Assembly (NCBI GenBank): GCA_051362555.1
Contig: CM120643.1
Location: 7,068,001 to 7,132,000, forward strand
Direction: 5' to 3'
From: Lingula anatina
Lineage: Eukaryota > Animalia > Brachiopoda
DNA: 64,000 nt
Position numbers and translations under genes: made by a program. A model generated the notes under the pieces. That model did no database searches and was not told where the DNA came from. It saw only the letters and a program-made list of their open reading frames with translations. Below are positions 1-12,970 of the stretch, piece after piece. Positions within the stretch are counted from its first letter, which is position 1. Each line of letters begins with the position of its first letter.

Positions 1-715
1 AACGCGGTGCCCTGCTTTTGATCCAAACTTGCAATATTTTCCTTTCTTTCTACCATATTTTTTTATTCTAACGGGTTTGTTGGGAACTTATTAAACCTCA
101 TGTGTCGATCTCGCTTACTGTTATTGTAGTAGCGGGACAAAAAAGCACGTAAACCCAGCCATGGTTTTAAGCACCGCTGTAAGTGTTTCGACGTAGCAGG
201 GCTCCCCTACCCACAATGCAATTTCCATTTCCGGAAAAGATGAAAAAGGCTAATAGGAAATGTTTGAAAAGAAGACCAAGAACGACATACATGGACAACA
301 TAAAAGAATAAACTGGTCAAAAAAAAATATAGTTCAAGTATTTGAGAGATGTGGCGATCCATGACAGCCAATCTGCTATGAGTGGATGGCACCCAGTGAT
401 GATGAAGTAAACTCAATTTATAGAACAATTTTGGGTACTAGTAAATAGTTTTAAGGCCCAGATATCAAAACAAGGATGACTTTTATTGTCAGTTATCAAT
501 TCCTGTATTCTTATCTTAGTTATGCCAAAAAAATTTACTTTGTGCAAAACAGGCAGCAACCAGCACCCCCCCCCCCCCCGCCCAAACAAGGAAAAAGTAC
601 AAATAGCAATAAGATTATATCACAAAGTGTTACGTCTACCTCTTTCACAATATTTTTAAAGAATTACTCTGTTCAGAAAACTTACAGTGTTACTTCCTTA
701 CCTTATGTGAGGGAT

Positions 716-843
716 TTATTTCAATTCCTCCTTCAAAAACTTGTACAAACTTGCAGATTTTTCTTTCACCATAAAAAAAGGCACCTCTAGAACCTCTCTG
801 TATCCTGCTTGATATAGGAAGTGTTTCTTTGCCTTTGTTTCAC
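716..843 (-). CDS. FASTK-family protein, coding exon 2 (RAP domain end)
   Basis: Acceptor ttttctttattcaccag| at 844/843. The phase-1 join reads T-GETKAKKHFLYQAGYREVLEVPFFMVKEKSASLYKFLKEELK*, matching the RAP pattern G..xxK.R.L...GY..V.IP.F......YL..KL. Stop TAA at 718..716. Confidence 0.85.
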
Positions 844-1372
844 CTGGTGAATAAAGAAAACCAAATCAATGTTAACATAAAACATATTTCAATGTCTTAC
901 TGAGAGGAAATGTGTGCCTGAATGCACTGAAATATTAATATTTACACAAAGAAAACCTGTTCATGTCAAAACTTTATCACATAGACATATAACACATTCA
1001 AATTAAGATGGCCTCTGTTTAAAGCGTGAAATAATACAATGTTTACTGGGAAATGTATACCACAACATGTTGAGATTTAGTGAGGCAGTGGAGTATAGTA
1101 CTTATATTTGACATACATACAACATCAGTTGTCTACATTACTCTCTACTGATACATCATTGTTGTCCTTTGTAACCTATTGTTATTCTCAGTACCCCATT
1201 GTTGTTATGGCTATATAAGCTGGCCCTCAGTGGGTAACCAGCAAGTATATAGGAAAAATAGGCTCAATACACTGAAGTCAAGCTTGTGTTAGTCATAACC
1301 CAAAGCTGCTTAGGCAGCAGGGTGGGCTTACTAAAGCCGTCTCTACATACAACAACCACATTTTTAACTCAC

Positions 1373-3323
1373 CAGTTAACATTGGCTTGTTGATAAAGAA
1401 ATCTTCATCATGAAGAATCCACACTGCTATTCTTCTCCATCTTTCTGGCAAGGCAGACATGTTTTCCATTTTGAGGAACCCATTTTCATCAAAGACTCTG
1501 GGCACCAGCTTCATGTCTACAGGCTCATTCAATTCATTCAAACAAAACTCCACAACAGGACGATATATGGGAAGTACTGGTGTGACTCTTGCCATGTGGG
1601 GACCACCAAGAATCATTTGTACAGCCTCTAAAACAGCCTTCTTTGAGGAATGCTGGCATATATTTTTCAATTTCTCTGTAAAGTATTGAATACCATCTGC
1701 TTTGTAAAGGCTTGGTGGAATCTTCTTAACATACTTGTCAATTTGCTCCATTTCTAACCTTCCACACAACTCCACAATATTTATACACCCTTGAGGCTTC
1801 ATGACATTTAATGATTCCTCCTTCATCAGACCAGACTGGAAACAACTATCAAGTATTCCACTGAAGACTTCATAATAGCCATGATGGCGCATCAAATCAC
1901 AAGTAATGGAAAGCAATTTGAAAGGGGGGATATTTCTCCCTTGGTTTTGCACTAAATCAACCACTTTTTTTAAAAAAGCAATATTTGTATTGCAATCCAT
2001 TAGTAGGTAAGCATGAACTAAACTATGACCACCGTCCCCATCGATATCTTGTGCATTAGCCACAAAGTTCTCAGCAACTTTCAACAGCATTTCATGATCA
2101 GAATAATTCATTACACTAAATTCCCATGTAATACCAATTTGCTGTCTCAATGGCAACAAAGATGCGTGCTTCTTAAATATCTCAGCAAGTTCTGTAACAT
2201 ATTGTACATCCATGAAACCTTTATTCAACTTCAGCTTATGGGCTAAGCCCAACATCCACTTAATGCACAGAAATGCACGTCTCTTGTATTCTTCAGTTCC
2301 ATCACAAAGCAGAATCTCCAACCCCTTCCATAAAATGTCAGAGGGCACCAAATATTCAACATTATGACAGAGTTGGACATACCTGTACACTTCTCTCGGC
2401 TCAGAGAATTCACTGTTGAATTCCAGCTCCTGTAAAAAATGTCTTACGTCATTTTCATCCACCCATTTTCCTCCCAGTTCACAAGAATAGTATATTGCAG
2501 ATTGTAGAACACTAACAAGCCAGTGAATTTCTTTGCCTCCAAGTTCTTTCCTCTCTAGCTTTACCTCACTCATCAAGTGCTTCAAGAAAATCCTTATCTG
2601 CTCTTCAAGGTAATTCTGCTTGTGTAGTACAGACAGATGTAACCATCGGTGGCAGGCATCTATCCTAATCTTAACATGCCATTCAGACCATACCTGTGAC
2701 ATGTGTCTCTCCAGTTCCTTATAAAACTGAAGGATTTCTGGAGATGGCTGAATTAAAACCCCAACTAACAACAATCTGTTTAACTGACGTGGAACACTTC
2801 CCTCCATCAAACCTTTGTTCATGATGGTTAGCAGGGCTGATGATAACCTGTCATCTTGTAAAAGATGAGTGTTTTGATATCTTGGCGAATCCCTCAAACA
2901 TTTAAGACTAACAGCATATATATACGGTAGCACTCCGTCAAGGTCCTTTTCAGCTTCCCGAGCTCCGTCCTCGTAATCACTAATAATCTCTCCTTCGCTC
3001 CTTCCATCTTGAATGAGGTACCACTTCGCGATTTTTTCAAAACGTATTATTGTGTCTCTGATGATGGCGTTATATTCATCTTTCGTCTTGATGGCGTCAT
3101 ATTCATTGATTGTTTTTGTAGAGTATGACAGCTCAGTCCCAGTGGTAAGTCTCCCCAACGACCAACCCCATATCTTGTGAGGGCTTCGGGGTTGTGAAAC
3201 GGCGCATGTAAATCGCAGCGATTGATGGCATTGTGAGGGTTGTGCCAAACACTGAGTTATTCTACCAACAAAACTGTGTCGACTACAACTTCGGTAGACA
3301 TATCTCAGTGCCGAATAAAACAT
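1373..3323 (-). CDS. FASTK-family (FASTKD-like, RAP-domain) mitochondrial RNA-binding protein, coding exon 1
   Basis: Long open frame with first ATG at 3323. The N-terminus MFYSALRYVYRSCSRHSFVGR is R/S-rich and acid-free, like a mitochondrial presequence. The body is Leu-rich and helical; the C-terminal VVEFCLNELNEPV...RRIAVWILHDEDFFINKPMLT resembles the start of a RAP domain. Canonical donor ACTG|gtgagt at 1373/1372. Paralogue not assignable by eye. Confidence 0.85.
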
Positions 3324-3430
3324 GATTACATGATTAAAATGTCCCCAGTACTGAACACGTCCATGGCCTCTGTCTCGACCACGAGGCAGTTGAGGCAAGC
3401 TCGCATTTGTAGAAACGGCAGGTCAGGTCA

Positions 3431-3441
3431 CAAAATGGCGG
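3431..3441 (+). promoter_or_regulatory. YY1-like motif CAAAATGGCGG in the proximal promoter/5' region of the FASTK-family gene
   Basis: Matches the AANATGGCG consensus about 110 bp upstream of the ATG, in a locally CpG-richer stretch. Confidence 0.4.
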
Positions 3442-4008
3442 AAAACGGCATCTCAGGCTACGAGAAAAAAATGACATAAAAAGCGGAACCTCATTCTAAA
3501 GAATAAACACCCCTTTCAACGCAATTTTCACGTGAACAGCCAAAACCTGTAATTTTTATATCATGCTACCTTTTCTCAAGCATCTGCTCTGGCTATAATT
3601 AAGGGCACGGGTTCTTTTAAAAACTTTAAGGGATAATAACTGTTCATTTTGGCCAAAAAATGAACTTACTGGGGTAAACAACAATTTTTCAAGTCTTACT
3701 AATAGCTAATGAACACATCCCAACATTCAAAGTTATTCCCTGTTTTTTTCTGAAAAGTTTTTTTTTTTTTTTTAAATATTCTCTTAAGCATAAGAGATCA
3801 TAACAGAGTGTGACCATCTATGGAGGTCACTTGGTGTGAGTTCAAATTCCAGAATAATTTCGTTAACCACCATTTTTGTGGTAAAGTATACTTTATTACA
3901 TTTCTATGAGTTGTTTACAATGTTTTTATTGTGAAATGTGGAGATAATGCGAACAGTTGACGTCATCACTCAGCTGGCCTATGCCAGAAAAGCACACGAA
4001 CTAGAACA

Positions 4009-4352
4009 ATATGTGGGGCCTCGATTTGAAACCTGCCAGCTTTTGTGTTTTTAATCTCCAAATACTTTTAAAAATCTATAAAGCTAATAAATAGGCCGTC
4101 GATAAGAACCTATTATATCCATTGCCTCACTTTCAAAAATTAGAACAGGCACTCCAAAATCGTAAGACGAAGATAAAAATTTTATATTGGCCCTTTTCGC
4201 CCCGGATAAGAATATCCTTACAGCATTATCTGCAATATTAACCTTCCTACGATTTTTAATGTATTTTGCAGTATAAATTTCAATCTGCCCGATGAAGAAT
4301 TTTATTAATCAAGAGTGGGGGAGGGGTGGAAAATCCCTTTGGGGCCACATAT
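4009..4352. mobile_element. Probable MITE with short TIRs
   Basis: ATATGTGGGGCC at the left end, GGGGCCACATAT at the right end; three internal ccc/g-GAT(A/G)AAGAA motifs. Confidence 0.4.
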
Positions 4353-4606
4353 AACACTATAAATGCGAAGGGAATCCCCCTTACATTGACCGTAAAATGA
4401 ATGTTAATCAAAGGAAAGTCCGATGGATTTGCTTTTTAAAATATACAACAGAATATATCTAATATAACTTCTCAAAACAACACCAGAAAGCAAATTAAAT
4501 AAAAATCAATCAGACGGTAAACACCGGCAGGCTTTGTCAATTCCACCATTTGTTTGTTTCAAACGAAGTATTTTTCGCGCATGCGCAGTAGTTTGAGACC
4601 TGTGCT

Positions 4607-5093
4607 TGCCAGAAAGTATATAGAATTGACGTCATCACTCAGCTGGCCTATGTTAGAAAGTATATCAAATTGACGTCATCACTCAGCTGGCCTATGTAAG
4701 AAAGTATATCAAATTGACGTCATCACTCAGCTGGCCTATGTTAGAAAGTACCTTGTATATCAAATTAACTTCATCACTCAGCTGGCCTATGCCAGAAAGT
4801 ATATAGAATTGACGTCATCACTCAGCTGGCCCATGTTAGAAAGTATATCAAATTGACGTCATCACTCAGCTGGCCTATGTTAGAAAAGTATATCAAATTG
4901 ACGTCATCACTCAGCTGGCCTATGTTAGAAAGTATATCAAATTGACGTCATCACTCAGCTGGCCTATGCTAGAAAGTATATCAAATTGATGTCATCACTC
5001 AGCTGGCCTATGCTAGAATGTATATCGAATTCACGCCATCACTCAGCTGGCTTATGGTAGAAAATATATCAAATTGACGTCATCACTCAGCTT
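4607..5093. repeat. 44-bp tandem minisatellite, 11 copies, plus a solo partial copy at 3957..3990
   Basis: Unit gttagaaagtatatcaaattgacgtcatcactcagctggcctat. Perfect TGACGTCA at 4627, 4671, 4715, 4810, 4854, 4899, 4943, 5075; variants at 4766, 4987, 5031. Confidence 0.97.
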
Positions 5094-5233
5094 GCTCTGG
5101 TGCAAAGTAAATTTGTAAAGGCATTGTTAATTGACAAAGAATGTCACTTTTAGTTGGAAAAGGCGTCCTTTAAAAAATAATTTGTCAGTGGGGATTTGGG
5201 GGGATAGTGAAGAAACAATTAAAACTGACAGCT

Positions 5234-5422
5234 CATCAAAGGGATACCTTGATAAATGAGATTATCTGTTTACCCCACTTCTACCTGCAGATGTGCCTTC
5301 ATTAAGGTTAGCAACATGATTAACGGGGAGAGGGGGGAGGTTAAAACAACAAAGAGTGTCAGTAAGTTCATCAAAGGGATACCTGGATAAATGAGATTAT
5401 CTGTTATCCCTATCTCTACCTG
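5234..5422. repeat. Local direct duplication of ~54 bp
   Basis: catcaaagggatacct(t/g)gataaatgagattatctgtt...ctacctg at about 5234 and 5369. Confidence 0.85.
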
Positions 5423-5440
5423 GTGAACATTTTGATCTAA

Positions 5441-5442
5441 GG

Positions 5443-5478
<36 letters not shown>

Positions 5479-5490
5479 GGGGGGGGGGGG
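5441..5490. repeat. Poly-G tract (~50 nt)
   Basis: Directly visible; source of the spurious poly-Pro ORFs. Confidence 0.95.
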
Positions 5491-6794
5491 CTGATACCTG
5501 CGACCACGACGGAGAGTGTCTTGGGGAACGGAATATTCTATAACTTTTGGTATAATCATAGAAGTAGAGATGATCTTCCATACATGCTCTTTCATACACA
5601 TACCCCAGTACATACATACACACATGAATATTTAACTACTTAAATCATTGCTCTGTTTTGTACAGGAATGGAATTTGTCTCTTTAAGGCCTTGGTGAACG
5701 GGGTGTTTGGATACAGTATCTTAAATACGTAGTGATACATATAGGCAGGACACAAAAAGTTCTAGTAGAAAACAAAATAATTCTCATTTATTGCAATTAA
5801 TATAACAAAAAATCCACATTTGTATGTTTATGTCAGACGAAATGTCACAGTTACAATCTACACGTGTTTGCAGGGACACTCTTGTTTTAGTCAATTCCTT
5901 TTCCATTAAAAGGAAATTTTTTTTACCCACTAATCTCGCAGACCCCGAAGTTAAACATTGTATTCGGTTGATACAATGAGAAATACAGGGTGTCCCAGTA
6001 TAAACGGGGCCGTTTATTTTCTGTTTACAAATTATATACAATTTATATATATCTGAAAACTGCAGAAGTTAGCAAATCTACTGCTACAAACAACATGTCA
6101 CGTGCTCTACTGGCAAAGATTTTGTCGTCATTTATAGAAAATACTCCAAATGTGCTCTGTTATACATTGCACAGTGTCTTTCAATTCAAAATGTAGTTTT
6201 ATTAAGTAGTAAACATCAGAATGTCAATTCGAGGACTAGCGAAAACGTTCTTCAAAAGTGTATTGAACGAAGCAGATCTGGGCACTCAACCGTATGTATG
6301 CAGTCACAGACTACATATTCCTCCGTTTAAATCGCACCGCACGCACAGTCTGTTCTCACGTGGTCTTCTGACCCACCTGTCCATCAATCATCACTGTACT
6401 AAATATAAACATATCAATCATACACTGTAAATCTACAAAGCTCATTAAGTTTCCTGTTATAACCTCTCAGCAAAATTGAACTAAATGTAACGTACACCAT
6501 CCCACCAAGGAAAATTTCAAATTTTACATTAAAAGAAAAGAAAAAAAAAAAACAAACAAAAAAAACAAAAAAAACAAGGGCAATTAGAAAAGATCTCATG
6601 TTGAGCGATCTTTCAATATTTGATTTAAGCTTTCAAGTAAGACAATTTTTTTATCAGCGATAAGACAAAAAGAAGATATCCTCCAACAGAAGTAAATGTT
6701 ACTGCAAATTAAAGTACTAAGGACTAAGTCGGTTATAAAAACTTTATTTAACTGGGGCCTACCAAAAGTTGCATGCTTTGTATACATGTATGTG

Positions 6795-7000
6795 TGGATA
6801 TAGCTGTAGAAGTAAAGCTATCGCCTGCGTCCGTCGTCGTCGCCCTGCATATTTCACTGTTATAGCAATAAATTGATAATCGTGTGGCTTTTTTTTTTGT
6901 AATACTCAAACTTACTGGAGTAATTCATATTATGATAAATACAGTCCACGTTTAAATGGCAGATATATTGGGTCTTTTTCCTTAAATCATCCCGCTTTTT
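6795..7000 (-). mobile_element. Fragment of Helentron-associated (HINE/DINE-1-like) repeat
   Basis: Reverse complement contains gcgacgacgacggacgcaggcgatagc, homologous to cgacgacagacgcaggtgatggc at about 37608, and adjacent sequence resembles the 160-bp unit at 37110..37560. Confidence 0.5.
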
Positions 7001-10000
7001 TTTTACTTTTCTGTTATACATTGTAATGTAAGATTTGTTAACGCAATAAAAGGAAAACCCCGTGACTTAGCATACTGAAATTTACAGAATCACTTTTTAG
7101 CATGAGTATTAAAATACAGGCCAAGGGCAAATGTCAACTTTATCGGACCATTTTTGGCGAAGGTTATCCCATGTCCCCCTTTCCTTCGAATGGAATGTGT
7201 AGTCTCTCCTGACGCTCTGCTTTCCGTAGTTGTTATAACTACAGCTTTCTCGAGTCCGTCTTAACACTTTCTTGCAAAAAAATAATTTGTAATCGGATAT
7301 ACATAAATATTCTGTCGTTAAAGAGTCTAGATATATGATTTTAGTCGCTACGAGAGAAAATAATAAAGCTTGATAAAAGTATTGAGCAAATAGGCCCATG
7401 ATCATTAATATAAAGCGTGTTATTATAAATAGGTAATAATTTACAAATAATTAGCTTCACTTGTTTCGGCTTCTCGATCCTAGACAACGTCTCGACGTGA
7501 ATTCCCAGAAAATGTATCGCCTGCAGGGGCCTTAAGTACGGTTACCACTGTTACATGGTACTCTTTTTTCATATAAATGACATTCATGACATTTGGACAC
7601 TTTTGAAATATGTGCATTCAGTATAAAAAGTTTTGAGTATTTAAAAAAATTTATTATGATACTTCGGAGAAATTATAAGAAAATGATCATATCAGCGTCC
7701 TCTGTCATTTATCGCTGTCTTCAAGACATATTAGACGAGTATGTAAGCTTCACTTTAATTCATTGGGACAACATTTCAGAGGAAGAACTGATAGAGTAAA
7801 TCAGCGCTAAATTATAATGTCACGATGATTTTCTAGCATAACGTTAGCATAACATTTGCTGGAACTTATTTTAATTTTAGTTTCTTTCGTAGCGTTGACG
7901 CTTTGCCAGTTGATTTTCTAGTGCTGCGTTTTTAGTAATGTCGCTCTTTCTCAATAGACGTCATCTTTGAATTCAAAGTCCATCTTTGTGAATTACTATA
8001 GTTGAAACATACGGTAGTTATATAAGTAGGAAAGATAAATATGAACAGGTTTTTTTAAGAGACAAAAGTTGTTAAAGTTTGTATAACATGGTGTGTTAAA
8101 GTTAAAGGACAACAGTAAACACCCGAACGCACTCAAAAATCAATTTCCCCGTCTCTCCCAAACATTTTATACCATCATCCATACCCTCCCCCCTTCATTT
8201 TTGTGCCGTTTTTTTTTCAACATATTTCCTTTTAATCCAACTTTCTCTACTGAATGGCTCGTCAACATCTAATTTAAACTATAATATCATATTGTCATTT
8301 TTCAATGGCTTATTAGGTAATTTCTATATGAACTTTTTACCCCCCCCCCTCCCCGCCTCGCGTTATGTCTTCACTAACACAATGGGGTGATATTTTGTGG
8401 AGTACGTCACAATCATGGTTGAGACAGCATCAGAATCAAAACACCACAGTCTCTATCGTAAGGTCTACTTGGTCAAACATAGCAAAAACTGCTCAGATAT
8501 TCAAATCAGTGAACCTTGTTGAGTCATATCTAGAAAGCCAGTGACCTACATAATGTCGTTTCAATTTGGGGTTGATAAGGATCTGAAGTTAAAAGGACAC
8601 AAAAGAGGATTTTCGCGCCAAAATTGATTTATCCCGATTTATCCCGAGGTTAACAGTACTTTTCTGCGATTTACCAACCTTTAATCTATCATTCCCGGCA
8701 CTCGCCATCGCTCTGTAACATTTTTGGAAAATACAATAAAAAGAAAACCTCCGCTTAAGCGGAGGTTTACCAACAACCACCTCCATTTTCATTATTAAGC
8801 TCTCTAGACTTCCGGATATCGCGAGATTCTCGTATTGCGACCTAGTTAAAACTAGTTCAAGCTGCCGGGAAAGCACATGGAACAGGAGGCTGAATTAGTT
8901 GAGACTCCATCGAAGAAGGGAAGAAAGATAACAAAAAGAAAAAGGAAACACCCTTTACAAAAGTCAACACCAGAAAAATAAAATGCGCGTAAAACAGTGT
9001 ATCAGCAAATGTACGACAGGCAAACAATAAACACCGGCGAGGAAGAAGGCAGATGAAAACCTGCTTGCATGGATGGCCATGGATACGAAGGATCGTCTGG
9101 CCGCGAAGTATTTACTGGATTTGTGAGTACCATTTACAATTATGTTTGAGATAAGACACCAGAAAAAATATTTATTAAGCACAGAGATTAATGTTTATTT
9201 ACGTGTGTTCGTTGTATTTCTTAACGATTGTCAGGCTCGTCTGTCAAAATATGCCATGAAATTGTAACTAATATGAGTGGTATCGATGACAGAAATTGCA
9301 AGTGTGCTCATATGTCGACTCTGACAGGGTTTGGGTTAGTTTATAGAGCATAGAAAGTTTAAATAAAAACGGACATGGTGGGAGATACTAATCTCATTAC
9401 ATGTACATTACAATGACCAGGGCGAATTTCTGACTTACCGAGGGCACATTTCTTGTGACTCTAACATCTAGGCATACCACAGTAAATTAAGACATATGAC
9501 CAAGATGCTATTTCTTTAGGCATCTAAATCCCAAAATGAATGTGCAGAAGCTGTTATTGTATCTAAGTTTAACTCAATGTTAAATGGCATGTCAACTATA
9601 ATTGAAAATATCTTTGAGTAGTATTTTGATTTTATATTTTAAAGACAATTTGTCTCCTTTTTACAATAAAAATAAATAAATCAGAAAGGGGATATATTGC
9701 ATGTTTATGTATTTAATAGTCCAGAGTAATAATTTAGATCATACAGTTTTAACTTTAGAGTCCAACCAGTATTTCGGAGATTAAACCAATATGAAGTGAT
9801 CAAGAAACTTCAAAATTAAGTTGTAGTTAATACTAGTGCAGTTGAAGATGACAGTCTAGATAATTTAAGGTGATCATATTGAGAAAAATGGCATTTATAC
9901 TTATTTCAGTTGAGTTTTATACTTATTTCAGTTATATTTTTACATGATTTTTCTCAAACTTGATTATCTTATTTTATGTACTGTTGCTTTTTTTGGTTGC

Positions 10001-10214
10001 AGTATCAAGGTAACTTTTTCCTATGGGATGCCTGAGCTGGAAGAAGTGCAGATGGAAGAGGAGGAAGATGCTGAAGAAGAGGGAATTAAAGGATCCTTAT
10101 GATCCAACATGGGACTAAAACATGTCTTTAGAGTAAGCAGAATTTTAATAAGCTGATATTCACTCCTCATATATTAGGCATTATAGGTGCATGATTTCTC
10201 TTTTATCAATTTTT

Positions 10215-10827
10215 TTCCAAATTGGCGACACATAATGTAAACATAATGCAAGACTCTATTTCCTCCATCAACTGAAACGAGCTAAGCTTTACCAAAGTAT
10301 TGTGCACTCAATTCTAGAATATGCCTGCCCTGTGTGGCATCCAGGACTAACTATAGAGCAATGCAAACTCTAAGAGACTGACCAAACTCGTGCTTTGAAG
10401 ATTATTTTCCCTGACCTACACTATGATGAAACCATGAACCTGGCAAATATGTGTACTTTAGATAAATGAAGAGATCTGTGCAAAACTTTCTTTTACAAAA
10501 AAACTGAATCCTCTGACAAACTGAATCACATCTTTATTGATCAATCCAATCGTCTTTCAAGATCAAACAATAGTAACAAAGTGCCACAATTTAAGACCGA
10601 CATATTCTGATGCTCTTTTATTCTGTATGCACTTTTAAATTTCCAATAGTATTATGTTGTCTTTTATCCTAAGTACAATAATTTTAAAGTTCAATTAGCA
10701 GTCTTTTAACTCAGTTTTATTCAAGCAAATATTCACTTTATTTTCATTATAATTTTCTTAACACTATGTACAACTTCAACCCTCTGGGTTGCAATCTTAA
10801 TAAATTATTATTATTATTATTATTATT
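10215..10827 (+). mobile_element. 5'-truncated L2/CR1-group LINE 3' end, nested in the Kolobok element
   Basis: Translates as RLYFLHQLKRAKLYQSIVHSILEYACPVWHPGLT...TRALKIIFPDLHYDE...DLCKTF with stops; ends in AATAAA followed by a (TTA)n tail. Confidence 0.85.
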
Positions 10828-12324
10828 TTGATTTGCTTTTTTAGACCTTAAGGTTATGAGCAACTGCCAGTATGATGTCCTGAAGAAGAGTTTTTTACAT
10901 GGAAGAGGAACTCCATGGCTCTCCACCAAAAAAAGAGGAACTTTTCTTGAGGGTCCAAAGCGGGGACGAGTTGGATAGTGAGAGACTTTTCCTGACTTTC
11001 GAGTGCTGCTTACAGGATATATTCAGTGAACTCATCTTGCCAATGTGACAAAGCATAATCTGCTGACTTCAAACCATCTAGCACTGACATGTATGCTATA
11101 ATGCAGACAGATTGGAAATCAAGGTGGTCTTTCCTCCCAAACCTAAGTCATATGCCTGATATTGAGAATAAACCATTTTGGTCCAGCATTTACTTCTTAA
11201 ATCTAAATGACATCAAATGTATTATGGAATATGGTACTCGTGGCATATTGTGATTTCAACTTGATTTTAAACCAGTGTGTTGTTAGATTTTGTAAGATCA
11301 CCAGTTGCAGTTTTGTGACTTTGTTACAGCATAAAATTCTGTATTTGGCAGATGACTGCATGTCATTTCTTTTAAGACCTACAAAAATGGTTTGAGTGAA
11401 CACTTGTGCCTGTATTCAATTCTCCACTCAGCCATTATTTAGAATTCATGCAGGGAAGCCATGCCTGTATTTTTTTAAGAAATATTTATACCTTTCTATT
11501 TATTCCCTGCACATCTTGGAAAAGTATGTGTGAATATCTTACCGCTGAAACAATTTATGTTTGTGTAAGTTGGGTTGGTCCTTTCTTATGACACATCCCT
11601 TTGCATGGAGACTTTTGTGTCAGCTCACATGAGTCAATACACTGACAGAGAGGGGGATAATTTGTTGATCTGCAATCCTCATGTACATCAGACTCTTAAC
11701 ATGATAGCCTGGCTATTAATAAGTCTCTCTCAAAAATGTTATCATACTATAATGTGTACTGCACAATGTGAAAGTTTGTGAATGCTTGAATAGAAGGCTT
11801 ATTTATGAAGATGGCATTAATAAGTATGAAAATAATTATGCATTCTAGCTTACAAAATCTGTGTATGTCTTATTCATTACATGTGACAGGTAATAATAAA
11901 GATGATTTGGCCAAATTCCAAACTTATGTAGCAAACTTTGTTTATTCTTGTATTTTTGCCAAATATAAATAAAAGATGTTTCAATATTTAAACTTTTATT
12001 TCATTCATAATCTCTACCCAGTTAATGCTACATTGATACTGCAGCTTATGCTTTGTACATAACAATATGTTAATTAATAATAACAGTTGGATAGTACATG
12101 TTAATTTACTAAAGGGCTAGTTCTTAGAAAAACATGTTCGACATTAAAATATATTCTAAAAAAGTTTTCAAGAATTGCATTAGAATTGAATCTTTGGATG
12201 TATTTGACAAGATAATAAAATTATTGAAGAGTTGACAATGCCCAGAAAATAAAGGCCTTGAGGCTCTCGCTGATCTCAGTCTTGTCACTTTAAATACATG
12301 TACATGGGCATTATAATATAAAAC

Positions 12325-12480
12325 TGTTCACTCGGTTTTGGTAAAAGGTGGTGAATCATGTGGTCATTGCTGCAAGTTTTTTGTAGCAGTCTTTTACACA
12401 ACTTGTCACACCGACATTGAAGTGATGCAGTATTGTAAGATTGGAGTGCTTCCTGGTATGAGTTTTCCAGATATAACTTG
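12325..12480 (-). mobile_element. Second L2/CR1-group LINE ORF2 C-terminal fragment
   Basis: Minus strand reads YQEALQSYNTASLQCRCDKLCKRLL...DHMIHHLLPKP, matching the Y.EAL....L..RR..LC.......H.LHHLLP motif. Confidence 0.6.
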
Positions 12481-12859
12481 AGGCACTGTAATAGTAAAAT
12501 TACATAAAATGGTTATAAAGAAATAAATGTACTGATATTATCATAACAGCACTATTCTTTAACAAAAATCAACAAATTAGAGGGCATGATCACTACATGA
12601 TAACCAGCTTATAATAAAGAAGTAAGTCTGATTATGGCAAAAAAAAAAAAAAAAAAAAAAGAAAAAAAAATCAAATTTAAATATCTGTAGCTGCATTAAA
12701 TCATAAAGGCCACAAGAAGAAATAACATAATCACACATGGTTTCAAAGAACTGATGTAAAAAAATTACACTAATATTCCCCACTTGGAATTAGAATTTTG
12801 ACTAGCTAATTTCCTATAGTATAGTGCTAAACCGTACCAAATGGCACTGTTCACCCTCT

Positions 12860-12970
12860 AAAATACCAAAGTTTTAAGCAGGCCCAGGACCCCACGCCAA
12901 CTAGGGGGGTCGGCTTTGCATCTGCGGACCTCCCCCCCCCCCCTTTCAAATAATCCTGGATCCGCCCATG
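12860..12970. mobile_element. One end of an hAT-like MITE
   Basis: Ends cccccctttcaaataatcctggatccgcccatg, i.e. a CA(G/T)GGGCGGATCCAGG-type terminus on the reverse strand; partner end not found. Confidence 0.5.

Noticed and set aside
1293-3398. 701-aa single-exon protein as listed in the ORF track
   Set aside because: It starts at a TTG and reads into an intron; ATG 3323 plus splicing to 843 gives a better RAP-domain protein.
4607-5093. CRISPR array
   Set aside because: Units are contiguous near-identical 44-mers with no unique spacers, there are no cas genes, and the context is eukaryotic.
5270-5625. Proline-rich ORFs (also 476..790, 30379..30588)
   Set aside because: Translations of G/C homopolymer tracts.
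5984-6030. Tc1/mariner element starting TA-CAGGGTGTCCC
   Set aside because: No matching downstream TIR found, so extent cannot be supported.
8101-8125. Second Kolobok-like terminus TTAA-AGGACAACAGTAAAC
   Set aside because: No partner end identified.
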